Below are positions 41,530 through 50,960 of a stretch of 64,000 nt of DNA, piece by piece. A program made the position numbers and the translations under genes. Each line of letters begins with the position of its first letter. The stretch's first letter is position 1. The stretch comes from an uncultured Spirochaetota bacterium (lineage in GTDB: Bacteria; Spirochaetota; UBA4802; UBA5550). The stretch covers positions 160,001-224,000 of the forward strand of contig CAWHAA010000008.1 in NCBI GenBank assembly GCA_963827275.1, read 5' to 3'. The notes under the pieces were generated by a model. The model was given only the letters and a program-made list of their open reading frames with translations, ran no database searches and had not been told where the DNA came from.

Positions 41530-42135
41530 TCACGGTTTACCCGCCTGCTGTGACGAGTCGATGATTCCGTAAAAAATAAAATTAAGGATCGAATCCAGCC
41601 GCTCGTGCGGATCGGGCGCGATCTCCCTCATGCGATCACTGTTCAGCATCCCCTGGAAAATATCAAACAGGTAGAGTATCATTTCAGGCTTGAGGCCCTT
41701 GCGGATCACTCCCTCGCTCTGGCCCTGCATGATAAAATCGCTTACCAGCTTGTACGATCCCTTTTTGAGGGTGTTGAAAAAAATGAGGAAATCCTCGTTG
41801 GACCCCCACATCTCGTCGAGAAATATATCCCCCAGCTCCTCGTGGGTCTTTATCAGGTGATTGACTATCCCTCGTATTTTGTCAATAAAAGGAATGTCCC
41901 GGTTCATTATTTCATCCTGCTCGCCCAGTATCCTGTCATTGATTTGCGACAGCATCCTGATGCTCAGGTCTTCCTTGTTGCGGAAAAATTTGTAAAAGGT
42001 CATCTTGCTCACCCCGGCCTTTTCACAGATCTCCTCGATGGTGACCCTCTTGGTGCCATGTTTGAAGAAAAGTTCCCGCGCCGTGGCAAGCAGGTCCTGG
42101 TATTTTTTATTATCCTGAAATTGTTCGCTATCCAT
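41530..42135 (-). CDS. TetR/AcrR family regulator heading the ABC operon
   Basis: ARELFFKHG...TIEEICEKAGVSKMTFYKFFRNKEDL. Confidence 0.92.
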   Translation of the reverse strand: MDSEQFQDNKKYQDLLATARELFFKHGTKRVTIEEICEKAGVSKMTFYKFFRNKEDLSIRMLSQINDRILGEQDEIMNRDIPFIDKIRGIVNHLIKTHEELGDIFLDEMWGSNEDFLIFFNTLKKGSYKLVSDFIMQGQSEGVIRKGLKPEMILYLFDIFQGMLNSDRMREIAPDPHERLDSILNFIFYGIIDSSQQAGKP

Positions 42136-42159
42136 TTGTTTACTATTATTGGTGATATT

Positions 42160-42223
42160 ATACTAATATCGTATAAAGTTACGAATTACGTATAAAATAA
42201 TAATATTCGTATATTTTGTCAAG
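42160..42223 (-). promoter_or_regulatory. tetR promoter with three CGTATA repeats, candidate operator
   Basis: Minus strand TTGACA-17 nt-TATTTT; CGTATA at about 42170, 42189, 42208. Confidence 0.45.
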
Positions 42224-42243
42224 TAGAGTAATAATTTTTTTTT

Positions 42244-42259
42244 ACCGATAGTTATCGGT
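42244..42259. promoter_or_regulatory. Palindromic motif ACCGATAGTTATCGGT, copy 2
   Basis: Exact reverse complement of 24919-24934. Confidence 0.5.
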
Positions 42260-42476
42260 TACGCTGATCTCCCCGTCTTCCTGCAGGCTTTGCATCATCA
42301 GAGAGAATGCCATTGCGGATGGTGCAAAAAAAATCTTGCTATTTACACCGGCCATTGTAGTAATCAAGGGAGAGGTTTTTCACATCCTCCCTGTCCTGGA
42401 CTGATCAGACCAGTCCGGTTGTGTTTTAAGACCAACAGCCGAATAGTAGTGCACTTTAGATTTGAGGAGTAATGTT

Positions 42477-43277
42477 ATGAAAAAAGCATTGGTGTATAAT
42501 TCAATCTGTATCGTATTAATAATTTCTTTGGCAATAGTGTACCTGTTCAGACTGGGGGGCGAAAGTTTTAATGTCATGGCGGGAGACATTACCACAATTA
42601 TTATTTCCGGATTATGCGCTCTAATGCTGCTCGCCGCCGTGAAATGCTTTAACGCATGGGACAGCGCCAAGTTTACATGGCTCATGTTGCTGCTCGGATC
42701 ACTCCTTTTTTGCGTGGCGGAATGCATTTATTTTTATCTCGAGGTAATTCTCAAGTATAATGCTGATGCGCTATCCCCTTCGGCTGCCGATATATTTTAC
42801 TTCGGTGCGTACCTGTTCTTCATCGCCGGGCTTCTGATATTCATAATTCAATATATCAGATCAGGCTTTCCGCTCGGAACGTGGCTGAGGTACTTGATTC
42901 CCGCCGTCATACTTATTGCAATAATCGCCGGCGCCGTCTATGGTACCATACTGCGGATCATCATCGGGGATAAGGAGACCGAGCTGCTCGCCAAGCTTGT
43001 GTATTCGTACTACCCGGTCAGCGATATGATAGTGATATTTTGCTCATTGATCGTGATATACCTGACCGCTCTTTTAGGGAAAGGAAGCCTCTCCAGGCCG
43101 TGGCGCATGATTACACTTGGTTTCATCATTATGGCGGTCGCCGATATAACCTACGCGTATCTTGACTGGCGGGGATTGTATGAGACGGGAAACCTGATAG
43201 ACATCCTGTGGCTGGTAAGCTACTGGATCATCGGGTTGAGCGGCATATCACAGAAAAAAATCATGGAATCAATATAG
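42477..43277 (+). CDS. Stand-alone polytopic (about 8 TM) sensor-like membrane protein
   Basis: PSAADIFYFGAY, YYPVSD, PWRMI, ADITYAY, DILWLVSY; GAGGAG RBS. Confidence 0.7.
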   Translation: MKKALVYNSICIVLIISLAIVYLFRLGGESFNVMAGDITTIIISGLCALMLLAAVKCFNAWDSAKFTWLMLLLGSLLFCVAECIYFYLEVILKYNADALSPSAADIFYFGAYLFFIAGLLIFIIQYIRSGFPLGTWLRYLIPAVILIAIIAGAVYGTILRIIIGDKETELLAKLVYSYYPVSDMIVIFCSLIVIYLTALLGKGSLSRPWRMITLGFIIMAVADITYAYLDWRGLYETGNLIDILWLVSYWIIGLSGISQKKIMESI

Positions 43278-43289
43278 GGCGGTGATTAT

Positions 43290-43505
43290 ATGAAAGATAA
43301 AATATTAAACATATTAACGCCTTTTCTCGGGAAAAACATGTCTGAATCGTCATTGAGCCTGTACTGCAAGAAGCTGGGTATTTCTGCCGATGCAATCGGC
43401 AAAAACAATTTAGAGGACATTTCGAAGGGGTTATACCCGGGATTGAAAATATTTCTCGGGGACGCTAAAGCCAATCAGATCCTGGACTCAATCAAAAAAC
43501 TTTAG
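43290..43505 (+). CDS. Small helical hypothetical protein, 71 aa
   Basis: 12 nt after the previous gene, same strand and similar low GC. Confidence 0.65.
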   Translation: MKDKILNILTPFLGKNMSESSLSLYCKKLGISADAIGKNNLEDISKGLYPGLKIFLGDAKANQILDSIKKL

Positions 43506-43523
43506 CGATAGAAACGCTATTCT

Positions 43524-45050
43524 TCAGTATTGAAACGACATCCCCAGCCTATACACCGGCTCCCCTGTCCCGGAGGGGTCGATGTTTAGTGAGAGCGACG
43601 CCTTCTGGACCGCCCCCTCCTGCTCAATGTTAAAAAAGGTGAAGGAAGGCCTGCAGAAATAGGCGGTGACCAGCTCGATGAATTTCACCGCGCCGAGCGT
43701 GATGCCGCCCCACATGACCTTTTTCTTTTCATCCTTCGTGTACACGCAGAAGCCGGCAAGGAACATCTCGGAGAGATAGAAGCCCCAGCCCGGGAGCCGG
43801 TGCCCCTTGTAGAACATGCCGCCCCCCGGGATCAGGGTGGAGAGCACCAGGGCGGCCTCGTTCCTGCTCATGAAAAAGGGCGGCAGCACGTTGTTCGCGG
43901 TGAACTGGTGTGCCAGCTGGTCCAGGTACGCCACCGACGCGGTGAGGGGCAGGGTTGACCAGAGAAATATCTGGAGATGGTTCATGTCGGAGGTCTTGTC
44001 CTTGTCCATGACGCCGGGAAAGAAGTTGATCTTGAATTTTGTCATGCACTCCGGAAGGATGAAGTGCGTAACGATGAGCAGAGAGGAGAAGACGACGCCC
44101 GGGATGCTCGGCGTGGTCTGCCTGAAGCCAAGGTATGATGTCGAGAGGAACGACCCGTAGCCCGGGATGCAGACGTTCGCGCCGGGGTTTATGAGGCAGA
44201 TCCCCTGGGCGAACCTCTTTTCCTGGTCGATGCCCTGCGCCCCGCTGCTGGAGAGCCCGTACTTATAGATGGTATTGAAATCTATGCGGTCGTTTATCTC
44301 CCGCACCATCCCCCGCACCGACGGATAGGAGCGTATGGTGATGCGGGTCCCCGGCGCCGGCCTTCCCGCGAGCGATGCGAGGGACTGGAACCTTCCGCAG
44401 TTGTGTATGATGACGGAGTCGCCGCCGGCCGCGCGGTAGCTCCCGGGAGCTAACCCGTGCCACTGCCCGGCGCCAAGCAGGTAGCGTCCGTCCCTCGCCT
44501 CGATGACCTCGGCCAGGACGGGAAGGCCCCGGTGGAGCAGGGCGATTTCGCGCATGATCTTCAGGGGCACATTCATCAGCACCATGCTCCTGACCGTGAT
44601 GGCGTGCTTCATGTTCCTGTAGCGGTCGGTCACGGGGGTGATGGCGACGGTGCCGATGATGTAGGTGCCCACCGAGAGGACGGATACCACGGCATAGAGG
44701 TCGGCGCCGAGCCTTTCCGCGGCGGCCCGGAACGCATCTTCCCCGGCTCCCTCCGGGATATCTTCCGCCGCCTTTTGGGCTTTTTCACCGTCGAGGGGCA
44801 TGAACCTCCCGAGCCGGTTGAAGGTGTCCATGACGTCCTGCCTCAGCTTCAGCGACAATGCGTTGAGCTGCACGCTCGTGTGGCGGATAGAGAAGACCGC
44901 GATGGTGCCGCCGGCCGCGCCGGCCTCGGCGCCGGACAGGACGGCAGGCATGAGAAGGAGGAGGAGCATGACCGGTCCCGCCTGCCGCATGATGCGGCGG
45001 AGCGCGGTGTGTTTCAATGTTGCGGGTACCTGTGCCACCATCCTCACCAT
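43524..45050 (-). CDS. Exported/membrane hypothetical protein, paralog B
   Basis: Signal peptide; LIPGGGMFYKGHRLPGWGFY; ends MSFQY. Confidence 0.65.
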   Translation of the reverse strand: MVRMVAQVPATLKHTALRRIMRQAGPVMLLLLLMPAVLSGAEAGAAGGTIAVFSIRHTSVQLNALSLKLRQDVMDTFNRLGRFMPLDGEKAQKAAEDIPEGAGEDAFRAAAERLGADLYAVVSVLSVGTYIIGTVAITPVTDRYRNMKHAITVRSMVLMNVPLKIMREIALLHRGLPVLAEVIEARDGRYLLGAGQWHGLAPGSYRAAGGDSVIIHNCGRFQSLASLAGRPAPGTRITIRSYPSVRGMVREINDRIDFNTIYKYGLSSSGAQGIDQEKRFAQGICLINPGANVCIPGYGSFLSTSYLGFRQTTPSIPGVVFSSLLIVTHFILPECMTKFKINFFPGVMDKDKTSDMNHLQIFLWSTLPLTASVAYLDQLAHQFTANNVLPPFFMSRNEAALVLSTLIPGGGMFYKGHRLPGWGFYLSEMFLAGFCVYTKDEKKKVMWGGITLGAVKFIELVTAYFCRPSFTFFNIEQEGAVQKASLSLNIDPSGTGEPVYRLGMSFQY

Positions 45051-46552
45051 CGATACGAATATTGCATGCCGTACTGCGTGCCGGCGTTTTCACCTGAGTA
45101 TATCACCGGCTCGAACATGTACCCCTCCTCGATGACTTCGCCGTTCATGACGTTGTCCCGCATGAGAACCGCGTGCACCACCTCCGCGATTTTTACGCAC
45201 AGCGCGGCGGAGAGAAGGGAGTATGCCCTGGCCTTGTTGACCCTGGCCGTGGAGAACGATCGCGTCAGGGGATTGTATTTTTTTTCCGGGCAGAATTCCC
45301 TGATGGTGAAATAAAGGAGCAGGTTGTCCGCGTGGTAATAGAGATAGCCCCAGAGCCGACGGCCGCGGTAGAAATGGCCCGCGCCGCCCGCGACGAGCGC
45401 CAGGTAGCCGGCGGTGACCGCGTTGCCCAGGAAGGGCTGCACCCCCTGATAGCTCGAGGCCTTTTTCAGGAGGGAGTAGGAAAAGGCGTCGGCAAAGAGC
45501 GAGACGCCGCCGGCGCAGAGCGTGTAGAGCCCGAAGTAGTACTGCGCCTGCACGTCACGGGACTGTGTCCGCTTCTTCTTGTAGTAGTTGGCCCAGTAGT
45601 TCGACAGGCCGTTTATCTCGAGGTAGAGGTAGGGGGTCGCGTTGAACATCCAGAGCGCGAGCCCCTGCCAGTCGTTCGGCCGGTAATAGCCGAGCAGGGG
45701 GGCGATGATCGGCATGGTGGCGCTCGCCGGGCCGGAAAGAAGGACCATGTAGAGCGTATCCAGCGGTGCGGGCTTCTTGAGGACCATTTCGCGCTTCCGC
45801 CCGTATGCGTAGTTGTCAAGCGCGGCCGCGCTTTCACGGAAGCCGGCGAGGATGAAATCGCCGGCTTCGGCCGGGGCCCCGCCGATGAAGCGGCCATGCT
45901 CGATACGCGCCGCGCCGACCCGGTGAAAGCCCCGGAGGACGCCCTTCCCCGGGTCGGGACCGGGCCGGTACAGGCCATGGGTGCCGCTGATGTCCTGCCC
46001 CACGGCCGGTCCCGCCTGCCCGCCCGCACTGACGTAGAGCGGCACCTGGAAGCGCGCGAGCAGCCGGGAAAGGAATATCCCCGCGTGTTCTTCCGTTATG
46101 CTGTTGAATTCAGTCGGCCCGTATTTCCCTACCATCGGTATCCGGACCGTGTAGCGATACACGACGCTTCCCTGGTACGGTATGTCCACCCCGTAGGCGC
46201 GGAGCGACAGGATGATGAAGTCGTTCGCGTCGTCGAGTTCCGCACGGATGATGAGGCTTACTCCCGCGTCGCGCGCGAAGCCGAGAAGGCACTGCTCGTC
46301 GGTACACCCGAATTTTGTCAGCTCCGACCGGAGCAGCGAGGGATTCAGCGGCTTCAGGGCGCCGCTGCTTTCCAGTATCCGGACCAAGTTTCCTTCGAGG
46401 GACGAGACAAGGGCAAGGGCGCGGGGGCTGTTCGCCTGGAGTACCGCCACGGCGGCCAGGGGCGTTTCCGCGGCAAGGGCCGCACCGCGCGCGAGGACGA
46501 TGCACAGGAAAAGAAGAACCGTATGCAGGTGTGCGCGCCCGTATGCCGTCAA
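45044..46552 (-). CDS. Exported/membrane hypothetical protein, paralog A
   Basis: Signal peptide; GCTDEQCL; LVAGGAGHFYRGRRLWGYLY; ends QYSYRW. Confidence 0.65.
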   Translation of the reverse strand: MTAYGRAHLHTVLLFLCIVLARGAALAAETPLAAVAVLQANSPRALALVSSLEGNLVRILESSGALKPLNPSLLRSELTKFGCTDEQCLLGFARDAGVSLIIRAELDDANDFIILSLRAYGVDIPYQGSVVYRYTVRIPMVGKYGPTEFNSITEEHAGIFLSRLLARFQVPLYVSAGGQAGPAVGQDISGTHGLYRPGPDPGKGVLRGFHRVGAARIEHGRFIGGAPAEAGDFILAGFRESAAALDNYAYGRKREMVLKKPAPLDTLYMVLLSGPASATMPIIAPLLGYYRPNDWQGLALWMFNATPYLYLEINGLSNYWANYYKKKRTQSRDVQAQYYFGLYTLCAGGVSLFADAFSYSLLKKASSYQGVQPFLGNAVTAGYLALVAGGAGHFYRGRRLWGYLYYHADNLLLYFTIREFCPEKKYNPLTRSFSTARVNKARAYSLLSAALCVKIAEVVHAVLMRDNVMNGEVIEEGYMFEPVIYSGENAGTQYGMQYSYRW

Positions 46553-47085
46553 TCTTCAATCCCCTTGCGGGGGGGGACCCCCGCGTTGTAATAGTGCTTG
46601 ATCTCTTTCATTTCCGTCACGAGGTCGGCGCTCCGGACCAGATCATCCGACGCGCCCCGCCCGGTGAGCACCAGCTCCATGGCCTCCGGCTTTGAGCGGA
46701 CAAGCGCGAGCACCGCTTCGTCCGACAGGAGGCTGAACCGTACCGCTGTTATGATTTCATCGAGGACCACGATGTCATGCGTGCCCTCCGCGATGACGGC
46801 GCGGGCGCGCTCGTATCCCTGCGCGGCGTATTTTTTATGCTCTTCCACGGAGCCGTCATCAGGGCGGCACAGCCGCGTGCTCCCGTACCGCTCGATGGTG
46901 ATGAGGCCGCCGGTTTTCGCCGCCGTCTCTGTCTCGCCCGTCGGCAGTCCCTTCATGAACTGTATCATCATGGTGCGGAGGCCTGAACCGGCGGCGCGGA
47001 AGGCCAGCCCGAGGGCTGCGCTTGTTTTCCCCTTGCCGTTGCCGGTATAGATATGTGTGTATCCCTTTTTGAGCATATGTTTCAC
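46549..47085 (-). CDS. cobO: Cob(I)alamin adenosyltransferase, CobO/CobA/BtuR family
   Basis: YTGNGKGKTSAA, QFMKG, VVLDEI, ELVLTGR, ADLVTEM..IKHYY...RKGIE. Confidence 0.93.
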   Translation of the reverse strand: MKHMLKKGYTHIYTGNGKGKTSAALGLAFRAAGSGLRTMMIQFMKGLPTGETETAAKTGGLITIERYGSTRLCRPDDGSVEEHKKYAAQGYERARAVIAEGTHDIVVLDEIITAVRFSLLSDEAVLALVRSKPEAMELVLTGRGASDDLVRSADLVTEMKEIKHYYNAGVPPRKGIED

Positions 47086-48254
47086 TCTTTTTCGGCTGCG
47101 CCCGCCGCTTTTTTCGCTTCATCATATACCAGCCTGAGGGGAACACCCCGCTCGGCAGCGATGCGCCGGCACTCCTCGTATTCCGGCGATGCGGTGACGA
47201 CGCGTCCCCGGTCGAGCAGAAATTTCACCGCGATCTCGCCGTAGGGCGTCGCAACGCGGCGCGTTTCGCGGCCGAGGACCGCCCGGTCCATCCGGTGAAA
47301 CCGTATCCCCGCGGTGGTGGTCTCTTCGAATATGATGTTCCTCATCTGTTCCGCGCTGTCTTCCCGTGCGAGCGTTGTAAGGAGCGTGCCCGGCCTGGTC
47401 TTCTTCATGATGACCGGCGTGATGTAGGCGTCAAGAGCGCCGGCGGCGAGCAGCCGCTCGATCACATGGCCGTAAAATTCCGGGTTCATGTCGTCGATGT
47501 TCGTTTCAAGCGAGACGATCGGCTCCAGGCCGGTCTGGGTCCCCTCGTCGCCGATGAAGACGCGCAGGAGGTTCGGGACGGGCAGGTCCTTCATCCCGGC
47601 GCCGTATCCCACGCCCGTGATGGTCATGTCGGGCAGCGGGCCGAAGCGCCGTGCGAAATGTGCCATAATGGCCGCCCCGGTCGGAGTGGCTAGCTCCGCC
47701 TGGATGCCGCTCGAGTAGACGGGGACGCCCCTGAGGAGCGCCGCCGTGGCGGGCGCCGGCACCGGGAGGACGCCGTGCGCGGTGTTCACGGTCCCCTCTC
47801 CCACGTTGATGCGGGAGCAGTGGACTTCCCTGATGCCCAGGAGGTCGAGCGCCGCGCAGGCGCCCGCGATGTCCACGATCGAGTCCACCGCACCGACCTC
47901 GTGGAAGTGGACCTCTTCAATGCCGGTGCCGTGAATACCGGCCTCCACGCGCGCGATGCACGTGAAGATATCGCGGGCGGCTTTTTTCACCGGGCCGGAG
48001 AGGGCCGATCCGTCAATGATGCCGAGTATATCGTCCAGGCGCCGCGCGGGATGGTGGCCGGCCGCGACGACGCGCGCCCTGGTCGCGGCGATCCCGTTTT
48101 TCATCACTTTTTCAAAGGTTACCTCGTAGCCGGACAAAGGAAGGCTGGCAAGGGCCTCACGGAGCGTGCCCGGCTCAAGGCCGGCGTCGACGAGCGCCCC
48201 CAGTATCATGTCGCCGCTCACGCCGGAAAAACAGTCGAAGTACGCGATCTTCAT
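47082..48254 (-). CDS. larC: Nickel-pincer cofactor Ni insertase LarC
   Basis: DCFSGVSGDMILGAL, HFHEVGAVDSIVDI, PVPAPAT, TPTGAA, ETNIDD, PEYEEC. Confidence 0.93.
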   Translation of the reverse strand: MKIAYFDCFSGVSGDMILGALVDAGLEPGTLREALASLPLSGYEVTFEKVMKNGIAATRARVVAAGHHPARRLDDILGIIDGSALSGPVKKAARDIFTCIARVEAGIHGTGIEEVHFHEVGAVDSIVDIAGACAALDLLGIREVHCSRINVGEGTVNTAHGVLPVPAPATAALLRGVPVYSSGIQAELATPTGAAIMAHFARRFGPLPDMTITGVGYGAGMKDLPVPNLLRVFIGDEGTQTGLEPIVSLETNIDDMNPEFYGHVIERLLAAGALDAYITPVIMKKTRPGTLLTTLAREDSAEQMRNIIFEETTTAGIRFHRMDRAVLGRETRRVATPYGEIAVKFLLDRGRVVTASPEYEECRRIAAERGVPLRLVYDEAKKAAGAAEKE

Positions 48255-48255
48255 G

Positions 48256-49008
48256 TCAGTTGCCGCCACGGTTGATCATCCCGGCGATATACCCCGCGCC
48301 GAAGCCGTTGTCGATATTGACCACCGCCACCCCGGGCGAACAGCAGTTGAGCATGGTAAGGAGCGCTGAAAGGCCGCCGAAGCTCGCGCCGTAGCCGATG
48401 CTCGTCGGGACAGCGATCACGGGCTTGTCCACGAGCCCGCCGATGACGCTGGGGAGCGCCCCGTCCATGCCGGCGGCGACGACCAGGACGTTTGCGCCGT
48501 GGAGGCTCGCCGCGTTTTCAAAGAGGCGGTGTATGCCGGCAACGCCCACGTCGAAGAGCCGCTCCACCGGGTTCGCCATCGCCTCGGCCGTGACCGCGGC
48601 CTCCTCTGCGACGGGGATGTCGGAGGTGCCGGCCGTGATGACCAGTATCTTTTTGTCGGTCGCAGGCGTGACCGGCTCGCCGATGATGATGAGGCGCGCG
48701 TCCTTCTTGTATACCGCGTCGTCCCTGACCTTTTTTATCGCCTCGTATATTTCATCCGTGGCGCGGCTGGCGATGATGGTCTTATGCCCCGTCGCGAGCC
48801 GGTCCACGATCGCGCAGATCTGCCCGGTGGTCTTGCCCAGGCAGTAGACCACTTCCGGGTAGCCCGTCCTGAGCGCGCGATGGCTGTCGGTCCGGGCGAA
48901 CCCCAGGTCCTCGAACGGGAGCATCCTGAGCGAATGCATGGCATCGGCAACGCCGGTCTCGCCGCTCCTGACTTTTTCAAGAAGTTCGCGGATTTTATCC
49001 CTGTCCAT
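48256..49008 (-). CDS. larB: Nickel-pincer cofactor carboxylase LarB
   Basis: AGTSDIPVAEEA, DVGVAGIHRL, AGMDGAL, PTSIGYG, VVNIDNGFGA. Confidence 0.95.
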   Translation of the reverse strand: MDRDKIRELLEKVRSGETGVADAMHSLRMLPFEDLGFARTDSHRALRTGYPEVVYCLGKTTGQICAIVDRLATGHKTIIASRATDEIYEAIKKVRDDAVYKKDARLIIIGEPVTPATDKKILVITAGTSDIPVAEEAAVTAEAMANPVERLFDVGVAGIHRLFENAASLHGANVLVVAAGMDGALPSVIGGLVDKPVIAVPTSIGYGASFGGLSALLTMLNCCSPGVAVVNIDNGFGAGYIAGMINRGGN

Positions 49009-49831
49009 CTGCTTCCTCTCCCCCGGCTGGTATGTTCATGCTGCCCCTGCGATAGCCTTCAATGTCAAGTGTAATATACGTGAAGCCATAAGTTTTAAGG
49101 TGTGCTGCGATCGCGCCGGCGCGGTCACCGGTAAAGAAGAGCGCGCATTCATCGCGGGGCGCCTCGATGCGGGCCAGGTTGCCGTGGTGCCGCACCCGCA
49201 CCTCGCGGAATCCGAGTCCGCGGAGGTAGCGCTCGGCGCGGCATACCGCATCGAGCATTGTCACGGTGATGGTAACGCCGTGGGGTATGCGCGTGGCAAG
49301 GCAGGGGTTGGCCGGCCGGTCCCACCCGGCAAGACCCCTGTCGCGCGAAGCCGTGCGGATCTCGTCCTTGGTCAGGCCCGCTTCCATGAGAGGGCTCCGC
49401 ACACCGAGTTCGTTCAGGGCGCGCATGCCGGGGCGGTAGTCGTCCCGGTCGTCGCGGTTGGACCCTTCAATCACATGGGAAATTCCCTTCGACGAGGCGA
49501 ACTCGCGTATTGCGCGGAAGATGGCCAGCTTGCAGTGGTAGCAGCGGTCGGGGGGGTTTGCTATGACGGCGCTGTCCATGAAGAGGTCGATAGGGAGGAG
49601 TGCGTGCTCGATTCCTTCAACGCGGGTAAAGGACCGCGTCAGCTCTATCTCTTCCGCCGTGACGAACGGGACATCGGCCGTCACCGCGATGGCCCCGTCC
49701 CCCAGCCGGTCATGCGCGAATTTCAGAAGAAAGGCGCTGTCGACCCCGCCGGAGAAGGCCACGGCGGCCCTGCCGAGGGACGCGATGATTTCATCGAGCT
49801 TCGCTATCTTGTGTGTTAACCGGTCATCCAT
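48995..49831 (-). CDS. larE: ATP-dependent sulfur transferase LarE
   Basis: PP-loop SGGVDS, NPPDRCYHCK, DYRPG, CLATRIP, VRVRHH. Confidence 0.93.
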   Translation of the reverse strand: MDDRLTHKIAKLDEIIASLGRAAVAFSGGVDSAFLLKFAHDRLGDGAIAVTADVPFVTAEEIELTRSFTRVEGIEHALLPIDLFMDSAVIANPPDRCYHCKLAIFRAIREFASSKGISHVIEGSNRDDRDDYRPGMRALNELGVRSPLMEAGLTKDEIRTASRDRGLAGWDRPANPCLATRIPHGVTITVTMLDAVCRAERYLRGLGFREVRVRHHGNLARIEAPRDECALFFTGDRAGAIAAHLKTYGFTYITLDIEGYRRGSMNIPAGGEEADGQG

Positions 49832-49947
49832 GTCTGCCCTGGCTCACGCGCCCGGCCGCGGGGCGGGAGTGCGCAGATGGTGGCCCCTGTTTTCGGTTTT
49901 GTCAAATGATTATGCGGACCGGAGATAAAAAATGGCCGTCACCCGGG

Positions 49948-50409
49948 TCAATGCGACTTCTTCGGAAGGTTGTTCACGAAGTTCTTGAGCTGCTCAAGGT
50001 TCGAGAATATCCCGACCAGGACGAATATCGACAGGGTAAGCCCGAGCACGATGCTCATCGGCAGCTCCAGACCGGTGCCGAACCTGGCCCTGAGCCAGCC
50101 GAAGGTAGTGCTGAAGGGTATCAGGAAGAGGCTCACCAGTATGATCAGGCCCGCCGTCCACCACTGGAAACCGGTGACATGGTGCTCGTAGCGCGTACGG
50201 GAAAGGAACACGTCCATCATGATTTTTTCGCACAACTCGCGGTCCATGGCAAAGGGCTCCTGGGTGCGGAGCGAATCGAATTTTTTTGTGAGCTCGGTGA
50301 TGTCCCTGCGGCAGCGCGGGCAATACAGCATGTGCGCCTGCACCGACAGCGGTATCCGGGAGCGATTGTCCATCTCGAGAAACCGGTTCTGGATCTTTTC
50401 ACAATTCAT
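49948..50409 (-). CDS. Putative anti-sigma factor, Zn-finger plus two TMs
   Basis: MNCE...HMLYCPRC (HxxxCxxC); overlaps the ECF sigma stop. Confidence 0.72.
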   Translation of the reverse strand: MNCEKIQNRFLEMDNRSRIPLSVQAHMLYCPRCRRDITELTKKFDSLRTQEPFAMDRELCEKIMMDVFLSRTRYEHHVTGFQWWTAGLIILVSLFLIPFSTTFGWLRARFGTGLELPMSIVLGLTLSIFVLVGIFSNLEQLKNFVNNLPKKSH

Positions 50410-50959
50410 GGTATTCCTCCGCTATTGTCCCTTTCAGTTCGTCGCGCAGCATGATCTTGGCGCGCAGAACATTTGATTTTATCGTGTTCACGGGATACCC
50501 CGTGATCTCGCTGATCTCGCCGTACGTGAGCCCCATGAAAAAATAGAGGTCGATGCAGACCCGGTACCGCTCGGGGAGCCGGCTGACCGCATCCATCAGG
50601 ACTTCACGGACCTCTTTCTTCATCTGCCCCTTTTCCGGGGTCAGGCCCTCCGCCGCCGTCTCTTCCGGCACTTCCGATTCGGCGCGGCTGGCGCCGATAC
50701 GGTTGATGCCGTGGTTATAGGCGATCTTGGAGAGCCAGAAGCGGAAGGGCGCCCTCCCGGCGTACGACTTCAGGTTCTCATAGGCCCGGATGAACACTTC
50801 CTGCGTGAAGTCATGGGAATCGTCCATGTTTTTAAAAAAACGCATCCCGATGCCGTAGATCTTCTTCTGGTACCGCTCCACGATAATCTTGAAGCTCTCG
50901 ATGCCGCCAAGGAGCACCTGTTTGACGATCTGCTCATCGGTCTTATTCTCATTGTTCAT
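50399..50959 (-). CDS. ECF sigma-70 factor
   Basis: DFTQEVFIRAY, FRFWLSKIAYN, LPERYR, YGEISEITGYPVNTIKS. Confidence 0.93.
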   Translation of the reverse strand: MNNENKTDEQIVKQVLLGGIESFKIIVERYQKKIYGIGMRFFKNMDDSHDFTQEVFIRAYENLKSYAGRAPFRFWLSKIAYNHGINRIGASRAESEVPEETAAEGLTPEKGQMKKEVREVLMDAVSRLPERYRVCIDLYFFMGLTYGEISEITGYPVNTIKSNVLRAKIMLRDELKGTIAEEYHEL

Positions 50960-50960
50960 T

